From positions 10,872 through 74,871 of IMG/VR virus record IMGVR_UViG_2524023228_000003: a stretch of 64,000 bases of DNA; one strand, written 5' to 3'. Numbering within the stretch: the stretch's first letter is position 1; each line of letters begins with the position of its first letter. The position numbers and the translations under genes were made by a program. Below are positions 19,125 to 28,721 of this stretch, in pieces. Source of the stretch: a virus (Duplodnaviria; Caudoviricetes). Below the pieces are notes generated by a model. That model saw only the letters and a program-made list of their open reading frames with translations, was not told the origin of the DNA and did not search any database.

Positions 19125-21395
19125 TTACTTCGTGTAGTAGGTCCGCTCGGCGACGTGATACGTCACCTGCGGAGAGTTGGTGGTGCCGGTCTGACTGATG
19201 GTGAACTGGGTCGTGCCCGCGGGCAGACTGAACGTCATCGTCTTCATGTACCGGTTGGACGTCGCATCTTCGAGCGTCACCACGCTGCTGGCCGGATTGT
19301 AGTCCGTCGAACCAACGCGAACCGTCGCTGCGTGCGTGTGCGGCGTGGCGTCGAAGGCTTCGAGCCGGATCTTGACCGTCAGGTTGTTGGCGACGTTCGA
19401 GAGCGGCGGTACGGTGTGCTTGATCGAGACGTGCTTGAGCGACGTCTTCGGCCGATACACCTTCACGCGCGATCCGCTGAGATGCAGGATCGGCTGCATG
19501 TCCTGCGTGCCGACGAAGCGAGCGCGGAACTGAGCCAGCGGCGGAGCCTGAGCCAGGATGTCCGCATTGTCCTTCGACAACGGGAGCCATTGACCGGTTC
19601 CGTTCGGCCGCATCTCGAAGACCAGCTGGCACGACGCGGGCACCCACTGTTCGGCCAGGATGTCGATGGTGCGGAAGCCGCCATCGAGCGTGATCGGAGC
19701 GAACTCGATCGCGACCTGTGCCGAGGGGAACGCCGCACCGTAAACGAGCAGCATCATGTCCTTGGTCAGGTCGCCCTGGTAGTAGATGCCGTCCGTCGAA
19801 TAGAAGAACGTGCCGTCCAGGTAGGACTGACCGGACGTCATGCCGATCTGGTGGTTCGCGTTCGAGATGAGAACGACCGCGTAGCGCTTGCCCTTCGCGA
19901 GGAAGGTCGGCTGGACTGCGACCGTGTTCCACTGCAAGCCGATGCTGGCCTGCGGCTGAACCGTCTTGAGGATGACCTTGGTCAGGTCCGGCATGCCGTT
20001 CGTGACTTCGCACAGCGTGACGTGGATGTCTTCGTTCGCAGCCTTCGCCGCGACGTAGAACCCGAGCCGGGTGCAGATCATGTCGTTCGAGACCAGGAAG
20101 GTCTGAGCGACCTGGGCGCCGGTGATCGCGAGATCCGTGGTGACCGTGTACATGTACGGCTCTTGCCACGTATCGAGCCACCAGGTGTCGGTGCGCTCAT
20201 TGTAGTGGAAGTAGTTGTACGGGTCACGGCCATCGACATACGACGTGGTGAAACCCACGGTGCCGTAGTCGTACAGATTCGTGCTCGACGGGGCCTCACC
20301 CGGGTAGTTGTACTCGTTGCCGTTCGTGCAGACCGACAGGCCACCACCGTAGCGCAGGCGCGTGCGGGACATGTATCCCACCTGCATGTTGTTGACCTGA
20401 TAGCCGTACTGGGCCATGCCCAGCGAATTGACGTAGGCGCCGGTCTGGATCTTCACCTGATCGTAGTACGCCGGGATCAGGTAGCCGCCGATGTTCCTGG
20501 CGTTCGGGTCGTTCGCCGAGAACAGCGTGATCTCGAACTGGTTGGAGTTCGCATCCGAGAAGCGGATGCCTTCCTCGATCTTACAGTCGTAGCCGAGGAG
20601 CTGGGTGTTGGTGGTGTCCGACTTGTTCTGGTCGAGGTAGAAGTCGGCGTCGAAGCCTGAAGCGTCGGCCGGATAGCGCAGGCTCTGCTTTACTCGCGCG
20701 AGGTCTTCCTCGATGCGGTAAATCTCGGAGCTGTCGCCCAGCGAGTTGATGCGGTTGGCGAGTTCCGCCAGGTCCGAGGCAAGCGAGGTCACGCGCGGCT
20801 CGATGATGGCGCGGAACGCCTCAAGCAGGTCGGTGCGGATGTCCAGTGCGTCCGTGGACACGACCGCGTTCTGGTCCAGCATGTCGATCGAGACGATCTG
20901 CGTGGTGTCGAGCAGAACGTTGGCGACCACGACGTGCGTGGCGGGAACCGCCGGGGGCACCGGGTCAGCCGCTTCGGCGCCGGCCGTGAAGACGATCTGG
21001 GCGTCGCGGGAACGGGTCATCGAGACGGCGCGCGGCTCGACGGTGCCGGTGTCGACGTCCGTCAGGTAGTCGCGGGTCTCGACATCGGTATCCACTTCCT
21101 GGCCGTAGGCCGAGATGGTGACGATGCGCTTCGCGGCAGCGGCCACATAGGTGGCGAGCGACTGCGTCAGGACCGTCCGACGACCGAACACCTGACCGCC
21201 GTCGTAGACGCGGCCCGCACCAACGGTGACTTCGACCTGGCCGGTCTTGGTGATGATCATGCCGGAATACTTGCGGGTGGCGGCGATGCCGTCCGCGACG
21301 ATGTTGTCCATCGCCGCCTGCACGTAGTCCTGCAGATTGTTGTGATCGGAAGCGACCTGTTCCTGATAGTCGCGGAAGATTACTTGGCGGTCCAT
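19125..21395 (-). CDS. Large virion structural protein (baseplate/fibre-proximal)
   Basis: 756 aa beta-rich ORF between gpI and the fibres. Confidence 0.6.
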   Translation of the reverse strand: MDRQVIFRDYQEQVASDHNNLQDYVQAAMDNIVADGIAATRKYSGMIITKTGQVEVTVGAGRVYDGGQVFGRRTVLTQSLATYVAAAAKRIVTISAYGQEVDTDVETRDYLTDVDTGTVEPRAVSMTRSRDAQIVFTAGAEAADPVPPAVPATHVVVANVLLDTTQIVSIDMLDQNAVVSTDALDIRTDLLEAFRAIIEPRVTSLASDLAELANRINSLGDSSEIYRIEEDLARVKQSLRYPADASGFDADFYLDQNKSDTTNTQLLGYDCKIEEGIRFSDANSNQFEITLFSANDPNARNIGGYLIPAYYDQVKIQTGAYVNSLGMAQYGYQVNNMQVGYMSRTRLRYGGGLSVCTNGNEYNYPGEAPSSTNLYDYGTVGFTTSYVDGRDPYNYFHYNERTDTWWLDTWQEPYMYTVTTDLAITGAQVAQTFLVSNDMICTRLGFYVAAKAANEDIHVTLCEVTNGMPDLTKVILKTVQPQASIGLQWNTVAVQPTFLAKGKRYAVVLISNANHQIGMTSGQSYLDGTFFYSTDGIYYQGDLTKDMMLLVYGAAFPSAQVAIEFAPITLDGGFRTIDILAEQWVPASCQLVFEMRPNGTGQWLPLSKDNADILAQAPPLAQFRARFVGTQDMQPILHLSGSRVKVYRPKTSLKHVSIKHTVPPLSNVANNLTVKIRLEAFDATPHTHAATVRVGSTDYNPASSVVTLEDATSNRYMKTMTFSLPAGTTQFTISQTGTTNSPQVTYHVAERTYYTK

Positions 21396-21417
21396 TTAGG
21401 GCCTCTCGTTGCGCACG

Positions 21418-21449
21418 AAAAAGCCCACCGTCCCCGCGGACGATGGGCT
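21418..21449 (-). terminator. Intrinsic terminator after gpI
   Basis: AGCCCA-TCGTCC..GGACGG-TGGGCT stem followed by a T-run. Confidence 0.6.
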
Positions 21450-21469
21450 CATGTGCATCGGTTGAATGA

Positions 21470-22678
21470 TCAGATGACGATGGGGTCGCCGGCCCATCGC
21501 GGCAGGCCAGCGACGAACCCAGGCTTTGTATTGGTGTCGAGCAGGATCTGGTCTGACAGGCGCTTGGCGGCAATGACCGCCTGCCTGTTCTTCGCCATCA
21601 GCGTTCCATCATGCGGCGTGAAGAAGCGTGACTTCGGATAGCTCGCCTCGTTGAGGCGCGCCTTCCAAGCCGGCCATTTCGTCTTCATCTCCACCTTAAG
21701 CTCGGCGGTCTTCGGCTTGATGCCGTACCGGCCGACGCCCATGAACTGGATCGACGGTCGCTTCTGGATTGCCGTTCCATCGTTGACCGCATATCGCTCG
21801 AAGAGACGATAGCCTGACATCGACGGAATGTAGAACCGATTGTAATTGATGCGGTTGCTGTAGACGGCGTGACCTTCCTTGCCCGCGACGGCGACCAGCT
21901 CGGGCTCCGAGGTGACCGCTTGGAGAGAAGGCGTGATCGAGTTGCGCCAGGGCGTCAACACGGTCGGCTCGATCGAGACGATCCGCTGGTATGCCGTGGA
22001 CGGTACCGGGAACTTGCCCTTCTTGTTGAAGGGCGTGTTGCAGAAGATCGAGTGCTCCAGATGTCCCGGGATATGGACCCGGAAGAAGCCATCGAAGTTC
22101 TCGACCTTGGCGTCCGTTTCGACGCCCTTGACGACCCAGCGCGCCCGCCGCGCCATGCGCGTGATGGCGTCGTTCGGGCCAGGGAAATGCCCGGTGAGGA
22201 AGCTCTGGTAGCGGCTGCCCCCGGAGAAGATGCGCCTGCCCTTGATCGACGTCTCGTACTGACGCCATACCCGGATCTGCGGCAGCTTCTGCAGCCATGC
22301 CTCGCGCTCATCCCTCGTCAACGAGGGGCCGGAGAAAACCGTGCTCGGCGGCAGATCGGCCTTCAGGATCTTGCTGCCCACGAGATCGAGATAGGTCTCG
22401 ATGCCCTGCAGCGTGCCTTTCTGGCGGTGATGCTTGATGGCGTTGGCGATGACGCTACGCCGCTTGGTGACCGGCCAGCTCGAGTCCCAAAGGTCGACCG
22501 AGAGAGCCCATGCCAAGTAAGGCAGCAGGTTCTCAGGGCATTCCCACGGGTTCCAGAGCAGCCGGATCGGGATGTTCAGATCAAGGAGACGATCGACCTG
22601 GGAAGCCAGCGTTCGCTCGTATTCGGTCGCGTTCGGCGCCAGGATGTGATCCATCCGGCGCGTCGGAAACGTCGCCAT
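21470..22678 (-). CDS. Tail protein I (P2 gpI-like)
   Basis: LWNPWECPENLLPYLAWALSVDLW..KR..I..HRQKGT. Confidence 0.9.
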   Translation of the reverse strand: MATFPTRRMDHILAPNATEYERTLASQVDRLLDLNIPIRLLWNPWECPENLLPYLAWALSVDLWDSSWPVTKRRSVIANAIKHHRQKGTLQGIETYLDLVGSKILKADLPPSTVFSGPSLTRDEREAWLQKLPQIRVWRQYETSIKGRRIFSGGSRYQSFLTGHFPGPNDAITRMARRARWVVKGVETDAKVENFDGFFRVHIPGHLEHSIFCNTPFNKKGKFPVPSTAYQRIVSIEPTVLTPWRNSITPSLQAVTSEPELVAVAGKEGHAVYSNRINYNRFYIPSMSGYRLFERYAVNDGTAIQKRPSIQFMGVGRYGIKPKTAELKVEMKTKWPAWKARLNEASYPKSRFFTPHDGTLMAKNRQAVIAAKRLSDQILLDTNTKPGFVAGLPRWAGDPIVI

Positions 22679-22681
22679 GTC

Positions 22682-23560
22682 TTACTCCACCCTCAGCTGG
22701 AGCGGCGTGATCGCGGCGCTTTCGATAAGCGCGCACTGGTCAGTGTCGACCACGACGTTCTCTGCCGGCGAGATCAGATCGACGGACTGGACGCCCTCCT
22801 GATTGAGGGCCGAAATGATGGCGGACCGGGTCAGGTCTCGACCGATCAGCGAAACGTTGGCCCGCACCTTGTTCAGGGCGGCGCCGATGTCGGCCATGAT
22901 CAGCGCGGCGTCCGGGCCGGGATAAAGCGACACGTTGGCGACGATCTGCTGTCGGAGCACCTTGACCGGAACGACGCTGATCACGTCGGTGAGCGGCCTG
23001 ATGCCCTTCGAATTGAGACGGTCGCGGACCTTCAGGATGGTGTCGTTGGTCGGCACCGGGTCAGCCCCGGCGGCCATGACGCAGATCCTCACCCTGCCAC
23101 GATCGTCGACCTTGACCGCAGTGGCGTCCCGGATCTTGATCGGGTCGGCGGTCAGGGCCTGAAAGATGTAGGCCCCTTCGGAGCCGGCAGTCGAAAAAGC
23201 CTCTGGCGCGAGCTGGGCTCGGCGGCGCAGGCTATCATCGGTCTCGCCGGCAGCGCGCTCGACGCCGAAGAAGGCGGCGAGATTGTCGAGATCGGCCCCC
23301 TTGGAGAAGGCCAGCATGACGGCGCGGGCCGCCGCATTGACGCGGGCTCGCACCAGCATCTCCCCGTAGGCCTCAGCCTCAAGGATGACGTTGGTGGGCG
23401 ACTGCTCCAGGTTGACGGCTGCCTGAAGCTTGCTGTTCTTGGAGACGACCTGGTCCTTGTAGACCTGGAGCAGGTTCTCGTAGCTGATCGTCTCGATGAC
23501 GTCGGGCGGCGGCAGCCTCGCGAAGTCGATGTACAGCGCGGGCGACGTATAGTTGGGCAT
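22682..23560 (-). CDS. Baseplate J-like protein
   Basis: ARVNAAARAVMLAF.KGADLDNLAA..AFSTAGSEGAY..RPLTD. Confidence 0.92.
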   Translation of the reverse strand: MPNYTSPALYIDFARLPPPDVIETISYENLLQVYKDQVVSKNSKLQAAVNLEQSPTNVILEAEAYGEMLVRARVNAAARAVMLAFSKGADLDNLAAFFGVERAAGETDDSLRRRAQLAPEAFSTAGSEGAYIFQALTADPIKIRDATAVKVDDRGRVRICVMAAGADPVPTNDTILKVRDRLNSKGIRPLTDVISVVPVKVLRQQIVANVSLYPGPDAALIMADIGAALNKVRANVSLIGRDLTRSAIISALNQEGVQSVDLISPAENVVVDTDQCALIESAAITPLQLRVE

Positions 23561-23569
23561 CTGACCTCG

Positions 23570-23929
23570 CTAGATTGTTACTTGGGTTCGCCGCAGCGCA
23601 GCGTCCACGAGGTCGATGCCCTCGATCGTGATGGTGATCTCCCCTGATGCATCGAACGAGTCGATCGACACGCGCGTCACCTTGAACTCTGGCTCATAGG
23701 TGTTGATCGCGGCGATCGCCGCCATCATGCCGGCCATGAGGACTTCCTGGTTGCCAGGCTTGTCCTGCATGTCGATGAACTTCGACCCCCACCACAGGCG
23801 CATCAATCGAGTGCGCAGCCTGGTGGTGAGGATGACGTAGATGCTCTGCTTGATGCGCTCCCAGCCTTGGATCAGCGCACCAGTGAAGCGATCGATGTCG
23901 ACGAGGTGCTCAGTGCTCTGCGTCGCCAT
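23570..23929 (-). CDS. Baseplate W / gp25-like protein
   Basis: DRFTG..IKQSI..ILTT..TRLMR..WGS..AI..YEP. Confidence 0.85.
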   Translation of the reverse strand: MATQSTEHLVDIDRFTGALIQGWERIKQSIYVILTTRLRTRLMRLWWGSKFIDMQDKPGNQEVLMAGMMAAIAAINTYEPEFKVTRVSIDSFDASGEITITIEGIDLVDAALRRTQVTI

Positions 23930-24146
23930 CGTGCTCGCTCTCAGTGTCGGCGGCAGGCGCCTCGACGGGAGCGGCGGGCTCAGCGGCGGGAGCGGCCGGA
24001 ACGGCGATCACCTGGTCCGGGTCGACCAGCGCGTTGCCGCGATACTTGGCCTCGGAGGGAAACAGCCAGATTTCCTTGCCCACGGGGAGCTGAACGCCGT
24101 CTTTCCAGAAGGAGGCGCCGACGACGTACTTTTTCTTTTTTTGCAT
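23910..24146 (-). CDS. Small hypothetical protein
   Basis: Operon position between gpV and gpW. Confidence 0.6.
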   Translation of the reverse strand: MQKKKKYVVGASFWKDGVQLPVGKEIWLFPSEAKYRGNALVDPDQVIAVPAAPAAEPAAPVEAPAADTESEHDGDAEH

Positions 24147-24158
24147 TGGTCTCTTTCG

Positions 24159-25532
24159 TCAGGCGAGCTTGGCCCACACGACCTGGGATGGACCGGACTC
24201 GGTCATCACCCTGACGCTGGCAGCTTCTTTTGGCCCGGATACGCCGAGATTGACTCGGCCATTGTTGATGTAGACCCATCGACCATCCACGCCGCAGGAG
24301 CACTCGGAGGCGCCCTTCACTTCGACGTAGTCTTCCTGGATCGTGACCTTGGCTTTGTCCTTTCCCTGGGTGAGAACGATCGCGGAGTCATCGAGCTTGA
24401 TGTTCGCTTTATCCTCACCGAAGGTGACATTCAGGTCGCTGTCGGTCCATTTGACGACGGCCTTCTTGTCCTTGAACTGGATCTTGACCTGGTTCTCGTC
24501 CATTAGGACGTCGGCCTTGGCGCCGTCCTCGCCGAAGCGGAGGTGAACCTTGTCGCCGTCCTGCCGGTAGTACGACTTGCTCTTGCCGACCGTCTTGAGG
24601 ATGAACTCCTTGGTCGACTTGACCTGGGTGACGCCGTCGTCACCCTCCTCCGGGACGTCCGGAAGCTTGGGCGCGTCCTGTTTCTGCTGGCCGCCGAGCG
24701 ATGCCGGGATACCAGCGCCGCCGCCTGCCCCGCCGCCGATCATCTGACCGGCCTGGCTGGTGAGGCCGGCGCCCGTGACCTGCTGTGCGATCCCGGCGAC
24801 GTTGCCGAGCTGCGCGAAGTCGGGCATTCCGAACATCTTGGCCATGCTGCCGAAGTCGGCGAGCTTGGAGATGTCGCCGAGGCCAGAGATGCCGGCCAGG
24901 TTGGCGATGTTCGAGATGTCGAGGCCGGCGAGATTGCCGAGGTTGCCGAGATTGCCGAGGCTTCCCAGCATGCCGGAGAAGTCGGCGCCGCTGAAGCCAG
25001 CCATCTGGCCGATGTTGGCTAGATCACCAAGACCGCCGATGTCGCCAAGGCCGCCCGGGGCGCCCTTGTTCTGCTTGGTCTTGATGATGAGGTGATTGGT
25101 GTCCTTGGTCTGATGCTGCCAGTGCTGCTGATCCTCTTTCTCGTGGATCAGCCGGACGCTCTCATCCTGCTTGCCGTGCGGGGACGGCGTCTTCGGGCCA
25201 TAGTGGAATGGCTCGACGGTGGACAGCTCAGGCATTCCGCCGACCGCTCGCATCAGGACTTCCTGACCGACCTTGGGCGGAACTGAAAACTTCATGGTGC
25301 CGTGGGAGAAGCTCTGCCACGGCTGCCAGTCGCTCTTGACCGTGCCTTCGCCGTTCATCGGATCGGCATTTGACTGCGATCCGCTCGGCGTCTGGTCCTG
25401 GCCGTCATTCATTTTGACGTACCAGCGATCCTTCTCGTACTTGATCGCAACGACCTTGCCGAGGCGCTCCTTGTTCTCGAACTTGCGTTCGAGATCCTGC
25501 ATGCGGCGCTCGATCGACAGAAGGGCTCTCAT
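24159..25532 (-). CDS. Baseplate spike gpV-like protein with Gly-rich internal insertion
   Basis: RLGKVV..SDWQPW..PPKVGQEV OB fold; C-terminal beta-helix-like repeats. Confidence 0.8.
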   Translation of the reverse strand: MRALLSIERRMQDLERKFENKERLGKVVAIKYEKDRWYVKMNDGQDQTPSGSQSNADPMNGEGTVKSDWQPWQSFSHGTMKFSVPPKVGQEVLMRAVGGMPELSTVEPFHYGPKTPSPHGKQDESVRLIHEKEDQQHWQHQTKDTNHLIIKTKQNKGAPGGLGDIGGLGDLANIGQMAGFSGADFSGMLGSLGNLGNLGNLAGLDISNIANLAGISGLGDISKLADFGSMAKMFGMPDFAQLGNVAGIAQQVTGAGLTSQAGQMIGGGAGGGAGIPASLGGQQKQDAPKLPDVPEEGDDGVTQVKSTKEFILKTVGKSKSYYRQDGDKVHLRFGEDGAKADVLMDENQVKIQFKDKKAVVKWTDSDLNVTFGEDKANIKLDDSAIVLTQGKDKAKVTIQEDYVEVKGASECSCGVDGRWVYINNGRVNLGVSGPKEAASVRVMTESGPSQVVWAKLA

Positions 25533-25545
25533 CGGTAACTCCGGA

Positions 25546-25638
25546 TTATCCGCCCTTGCGTTTGCGGCGGCGCTTTCGCTCCAACCGCAGCTCGGTCATA
25601 AGGGTCTGCTTCGAGAGCTTCTTCTTTTTCTTCGCCAC
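25546..25638 (-). CDS. 30-aa highly basic micropeptide
   Basis: GTG..TAA, MAKKKKKLSKQTLMTELRLERKRRRKRKGG, exactly fills the intergenic gap. Confidence 0.5.
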   Translation of the reverse strand: MAKKKKKLSKQTLMTELRLERKRRRKRKGG

Positions 25639-25641
25639 GGC

Positions 25642-26226
25642 TCAGTCCTCGGAGGCGTCAAAGTCGGTCTGCTCGTCTCGCTGCAGGCCGGCGGCGGTGT
25701 GGACATGGCCCCGGGTGTGGGTGCTGGATGGGACCTGAGTGATCATCGAGCCGTCCGGGCGATAGAAGAACTCGCGCTCACGGACCCGGTTGGTACCGAT
25801 CGTGAGGTCGCTCTCCCATTCCACGACGCCGATCGACACACCCTCGCGCCGAAGCACTGGCTGGCTGATCCTGCGGAACTTGACCATGGTTGCCGGCGCC
25901 GCATTTGGGTCGCCGAAATTGTAAAGGTTCGCCTTGAGGGCGATGCTCTCGACGTAGTCCCAGGCACGAGCGTCGCCGTCGAGGGCGACGAACCGGTTCT
26001 CGTCGATGACGACGACCACACATCGGAGGCGCGCGTTCAGCTCGCCGGTCACTTCGTGGTCACCGTTGGTGCTCATGACGGCCACGCGGGCGGACGGCGT
26101 CTTTACCGTCCAGTCCGCGATGTCCTGCTCGTCGAAGAGCCCGTCGTACCAGTCGACATCCATGTTGGGGTACATGACCTTGATGGTGTCGACGATCCTC
26201 TGCCGGAAGTCGACGATCTTGCTCAT
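25642..26226 (-). CDS. Tail completion/terminator protein (Mu gp37-like)
   Basis: Position after the neck genes; beta-rich. Confidence 0.55.
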   Translation of the reverse strand: MSKIVDFRQRIVDTIKVMYPNMDVDWYDGLFDEQDIADWTVKTPSARVAVMSTNGDHEVTGELNARLRCVVVVIDENRFVALDGDARAWDYVESIALKANLYNFGDPNAAPATMVKFRRISQPVLRREGVSIGVVEWESDLTIGTNRVREREFFYRPDGSMITQVPSSTHTRGHVHTAAGLQRDEQTDFDASED

Positions 26227-26714
26227 CAGTCGCCTCCATGCGCCAGATAATCACGGATCATCTTGGAGATCCGTCGCTTGTTTTCGTCTGAGAAGCCCAT
26301 GAACGGACGCGGCGGGATCTTCTTGCGCCTGATCATGCCCTTGGTTCGCTTCACGCCGTCCTGCACATAGGACGAGTACGGCTCGCCCTCGTGGTTGAGT
26401 GCGGTCGAACTGAGGACGAAGCCGTCATGAGTGACGTCCTCGACCTGGATCCACTTGGCCAGCTCACCGCTGTCAAACAGGATGCTGTCGTTGCCACCTT
26501 TGAGCTTGACCGTCACCTCACGCAGCGCCGCCCAGCGCTCGCCGTCCGGACCGGTCTTGCTCCGCAGGACGCGGTTGACCGTCGAGTTCTTCATGTACTC
26601 GGCGGCGCTTGCGTAGACCGGTTGAAGATTGAGTGTGTCGTGCAGCAGCTCACTGATGCGCTTGTTCAGCTTGCGCAGGTCGCTGGCATCGACTCTGACT
26701 TGAAGGTCGGCCAT
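26226..26714 (-). CDS. Virion morphogenesis protein (Mu gpG/P2 gpS-like)
   Basis: PDGERWAAL..ILFDSGEL..IPPRPFMGFS. Confidence 0.85.
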   Translation of the reverse strand: MADLQVRVDASDLRKLNKRISELLHDTLNLQPVYASAAEYMKNSTVNRVLRSKTGPDGERWAALREVTVKLKGGNDSILFDSGELAKWIQVEDVTHDGFVLSSTALNHEGEPYSSYVQDGVKRTKGMIRRKKIPPRPFMGFSDENKRRISKMIRDYLAHGGD

Positions 26715-27142
26715 CAGGCCCTCCCGCAGTCGAACGAGCCTCCTGAGCGCTTAACGTTCGGGTTGGTCGTCGTGGACGTGCCGTCACCGTTGTCGGTGGT
26801 CTCCGGCGGAAGGCCTAGGCCAACCTTGCCGGTGGAAATTTTCTCGAGGAGCGCCAGGGCATCCTCATAGCGCACCCGCATTTCGTCGGTGCGGCCGGTG
26901 CGGCCCAGCGCTATCTTGTAGACGGCGATGTCGATCGCGCAGTTCCTCACCACGCCGGGCGTGGGGGTCACCGGGATCGTATACTGAGCCGACAGATAGG
27001 CGTCGCAGATCTCGTCGGCAGACTGGAGCCCCTTCGCGACAACGTCGGGGTCCGGCTGGCCGTCTCTGTCGTAATCGGCCACGCGAACCAGGAGGTCGGT
27101 GCCGTAAAGCTCGTCGATGTCCTCTTTGGTCGCGTAGCCCAT
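26714..27142 (-). CDS. Head-tail adaptor (Mu gp36/DUF1320-like)
   Basis: YATKEDI..ICDAYL..Y..P..DIAVYK..RYEDAL..L. Confidence 0.85.
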   Translation of the reverse strand: MGYATKEDIDELYGTDLLVRVADYDRDGQPDPDVVAKGLQSADEICDAYLSAQYTIPVTPTPGVVRNCAIDIAVYKIALGRTGRTDEMRVRYEDALALLEKISTGKVGLGLPPETTDNGDGTSTTTNPNVKRSGGSFDCGRA

Positions 27143-27189
27143 TACATTTCCTCGTTAGGTCGCGGAAACCGCGGCACTTTGAGCCTGAA

Positions 27190-27585
27190 TTATTTCTTCT
27201 TCTTGGGGCCCTTCGGCTTGGCGCTGGCCGTCTTGGCCTCGCCTTCCTTCGGCGCGGTCTCGTCGCCGGTACCATCTGCTTCGTCGCCTTCGGTCTGGTC
27301 CTGATCGGACTGATCGGCAGCGGTTTCGGCAGTTGACGTCTCCGCGTCTTCAGCGACCTGCTCGACGTTGGTCTCGTCGGTCACTTCCGCGGCCGGTGCG
27401 GTGGGCTCAACCGGCTCGACGACCGGCGCGGCGGGAGCTTTCGGCTCCGCATTTCCGTGCAGGTTGGCGAAACGAATTGCCCGGACTTCGTCCGTCACGA
27501 GGCGACGAGTGCGGCGCTTGTAGTTCGCGGTCGCTTCGCGGGCTCGGAAGCCTTTTGCTCCAAACATGAATGTCTCCAGAGTCAC
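27190..27585 (-). CDS. Acidic/low-complexity hypothetical protein
   Basis: Directly after the capsid gene. Confidence 0.6.
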   Translation of the reverse strand: MTLETFMFGAKGFRAREATANYKRRTRRLVTDEVRAIRFANLHGNAEPKAPAAPVVEPVEPTAPAAEVTDETNVEQVAEDAETSTAETAADQSDQDQTEGDEADGTGDETAPKEGEAKTASAKPKGPKKKK

Positions 27586-27616
27586 AAAGAACCCTCCCCG
27601 GATTAGGGGGAGGGTC
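27586..27616 (-). terminator. Intrinsic terminator after the major capsid gene
   Basis: GACCCTCCCCC..GGGGAGGGTTC stem followed by TTT. Confidence 0.65.
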
Positions 27617-27642
27617 TTGTGTTTCGGTACCGTCAGCGACGA

Positions 27643-28623
27643 TTAGGCGGCCAACTTGTGCTTGAAGGCCACCAGGCGGACGATCTTCGCATCGTACACG
27701 CGCTGCCAGTTGCTGGTGTTGGCCAGCTCGGTGTTGGACGGCGTGACGCCGGCCTGGGTGCCGCCGAGCCACTTGATGCCGCGGGGATGCATGACCCACT
27801 GGCGGCGGTTCACGATGTACTCCTGGCCCATGCCCTTCAGAGCCTGGCGCTCGACTTCCACCGGCACCTTCGGCGACTTCTCGCCGAAACCGATCGCGCC
27901 GGGGCCGAAGATGTAGGTGGTGAACACGCGGTTCGCGCCCGCGCCGGTCACCGGCATGCTGTCGTCGACGAGCACGGTCTTGCCGAGATAGGTCGGGATG
28001 GTCAGCTTGCCCTGGCTGTCCGGGACGAAGTCGATCAGGTCGGCTTTGACCATCGCCTTCAGGGTCAGCGAGTGGACGGCGACCGCCGACAGACCGCCCT
28101 GCTCGTCGCCGAGCAAGAAGGCCGCGTCGATGAACGAGTCGGCGTCGAAGTTCTCAGCGCCGCCGGTCAGGGCGGAGATGTCGCTGACGTTGGCCGCCAT
28201 GTCGGTCGAGCCCATGGCGCCGGCCAGGGTCGCGAGCAGCGCGGTCTGCATGCGCTTGTTCCACCAGTCGGCGAAACGGTTCGCGATCGCGTCGATCGGG
28301 TCCGTGCCGGACAGGTCGGCCGCGAGGTCGGTCGAGCCGAACGCCTTGCCGCGCAGAAGCTTCACGGCCACGTCCTGGCCGGTCGTCATCTTGCTGACGG
28401 TCAGGTCGGTCGTGTCGTCGAGGATCTGCTCGGCGTCCGAGGCGTCGAGATCGTTGAAGTACGGCATGTTGACCGTCTTGCCTTCGATCTCGGCGTTGAT
28501 GACGCTGGTCAGGTCGGTGATGATGCCCGACTGGAACAGCTCCGACTTCTGGGTCGAGAGCACCTGGACGTACTTGTTGAACTTGGTCGGGACGATCATG
28601 TCCGCGAGACGAGTCTCAGTCAT
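27643..28623 (-). CDS. Major capsid protein
   Basis: TRLADMIVP..F.SGII..VNMPYFNDL..AVHS..TYLGK.V.VDD..HPRG.KW. Confidence 0.9.
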   Translation of the reverse strand: MTETRLADMIVPTKFNKYVQVLSTQKSELFQSGIITDLTSVINAEIEGKTVNMPYFNDLDASDAEQILDDTTDLTVSKMTTGQDVAVKLLRGKAFGSTDLAADLSGTDPIDAIANRFADWWNKRMQTALLATLAGAMGSTDMAANVSDISALTGGAENFDADSFIDAAFLLGDEQGGLSAVAVHSLTLKAMVKADLIDFVPDSQGKLTIPTYLGKTVLVDDSMPVTGAGANRVFTTYIFGPGAIGFGEKSPKVPVEVERQALKGMGQEYIVNRRQWVMHPRGIKWLGGTQAGVTPSNTELANTSNWQRVYDAKIVRLVAFKHKLAA

Positions 28624-28721
28624 TTCTCACTCTTGAGGTTGGTGACTGGCCGCCGCTGGTTTGCATTCAAGCAAACGCCCGGACAAAATCCGGGCGCCTG
28701 CATGTTGGAAGGCGGGAGGAC

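Noticed and set aside
16090-21395. Diversity-generating retroelement or fibre-inversion system
   Set aside because: No reverse transcriptase, invertase or template/variable repeat pair was recognised.
3573-23647. Long plus-strand ORFs (3573..5843, 6511..7752, 11056..12579, 14545..16362, 16839..18434, 18684..20660, 21869..23647 and similar, also 30581..32566)
   Set aside because: They are antisense shadows of high-GC phage genes, with no recognisable motifs and no RBS.
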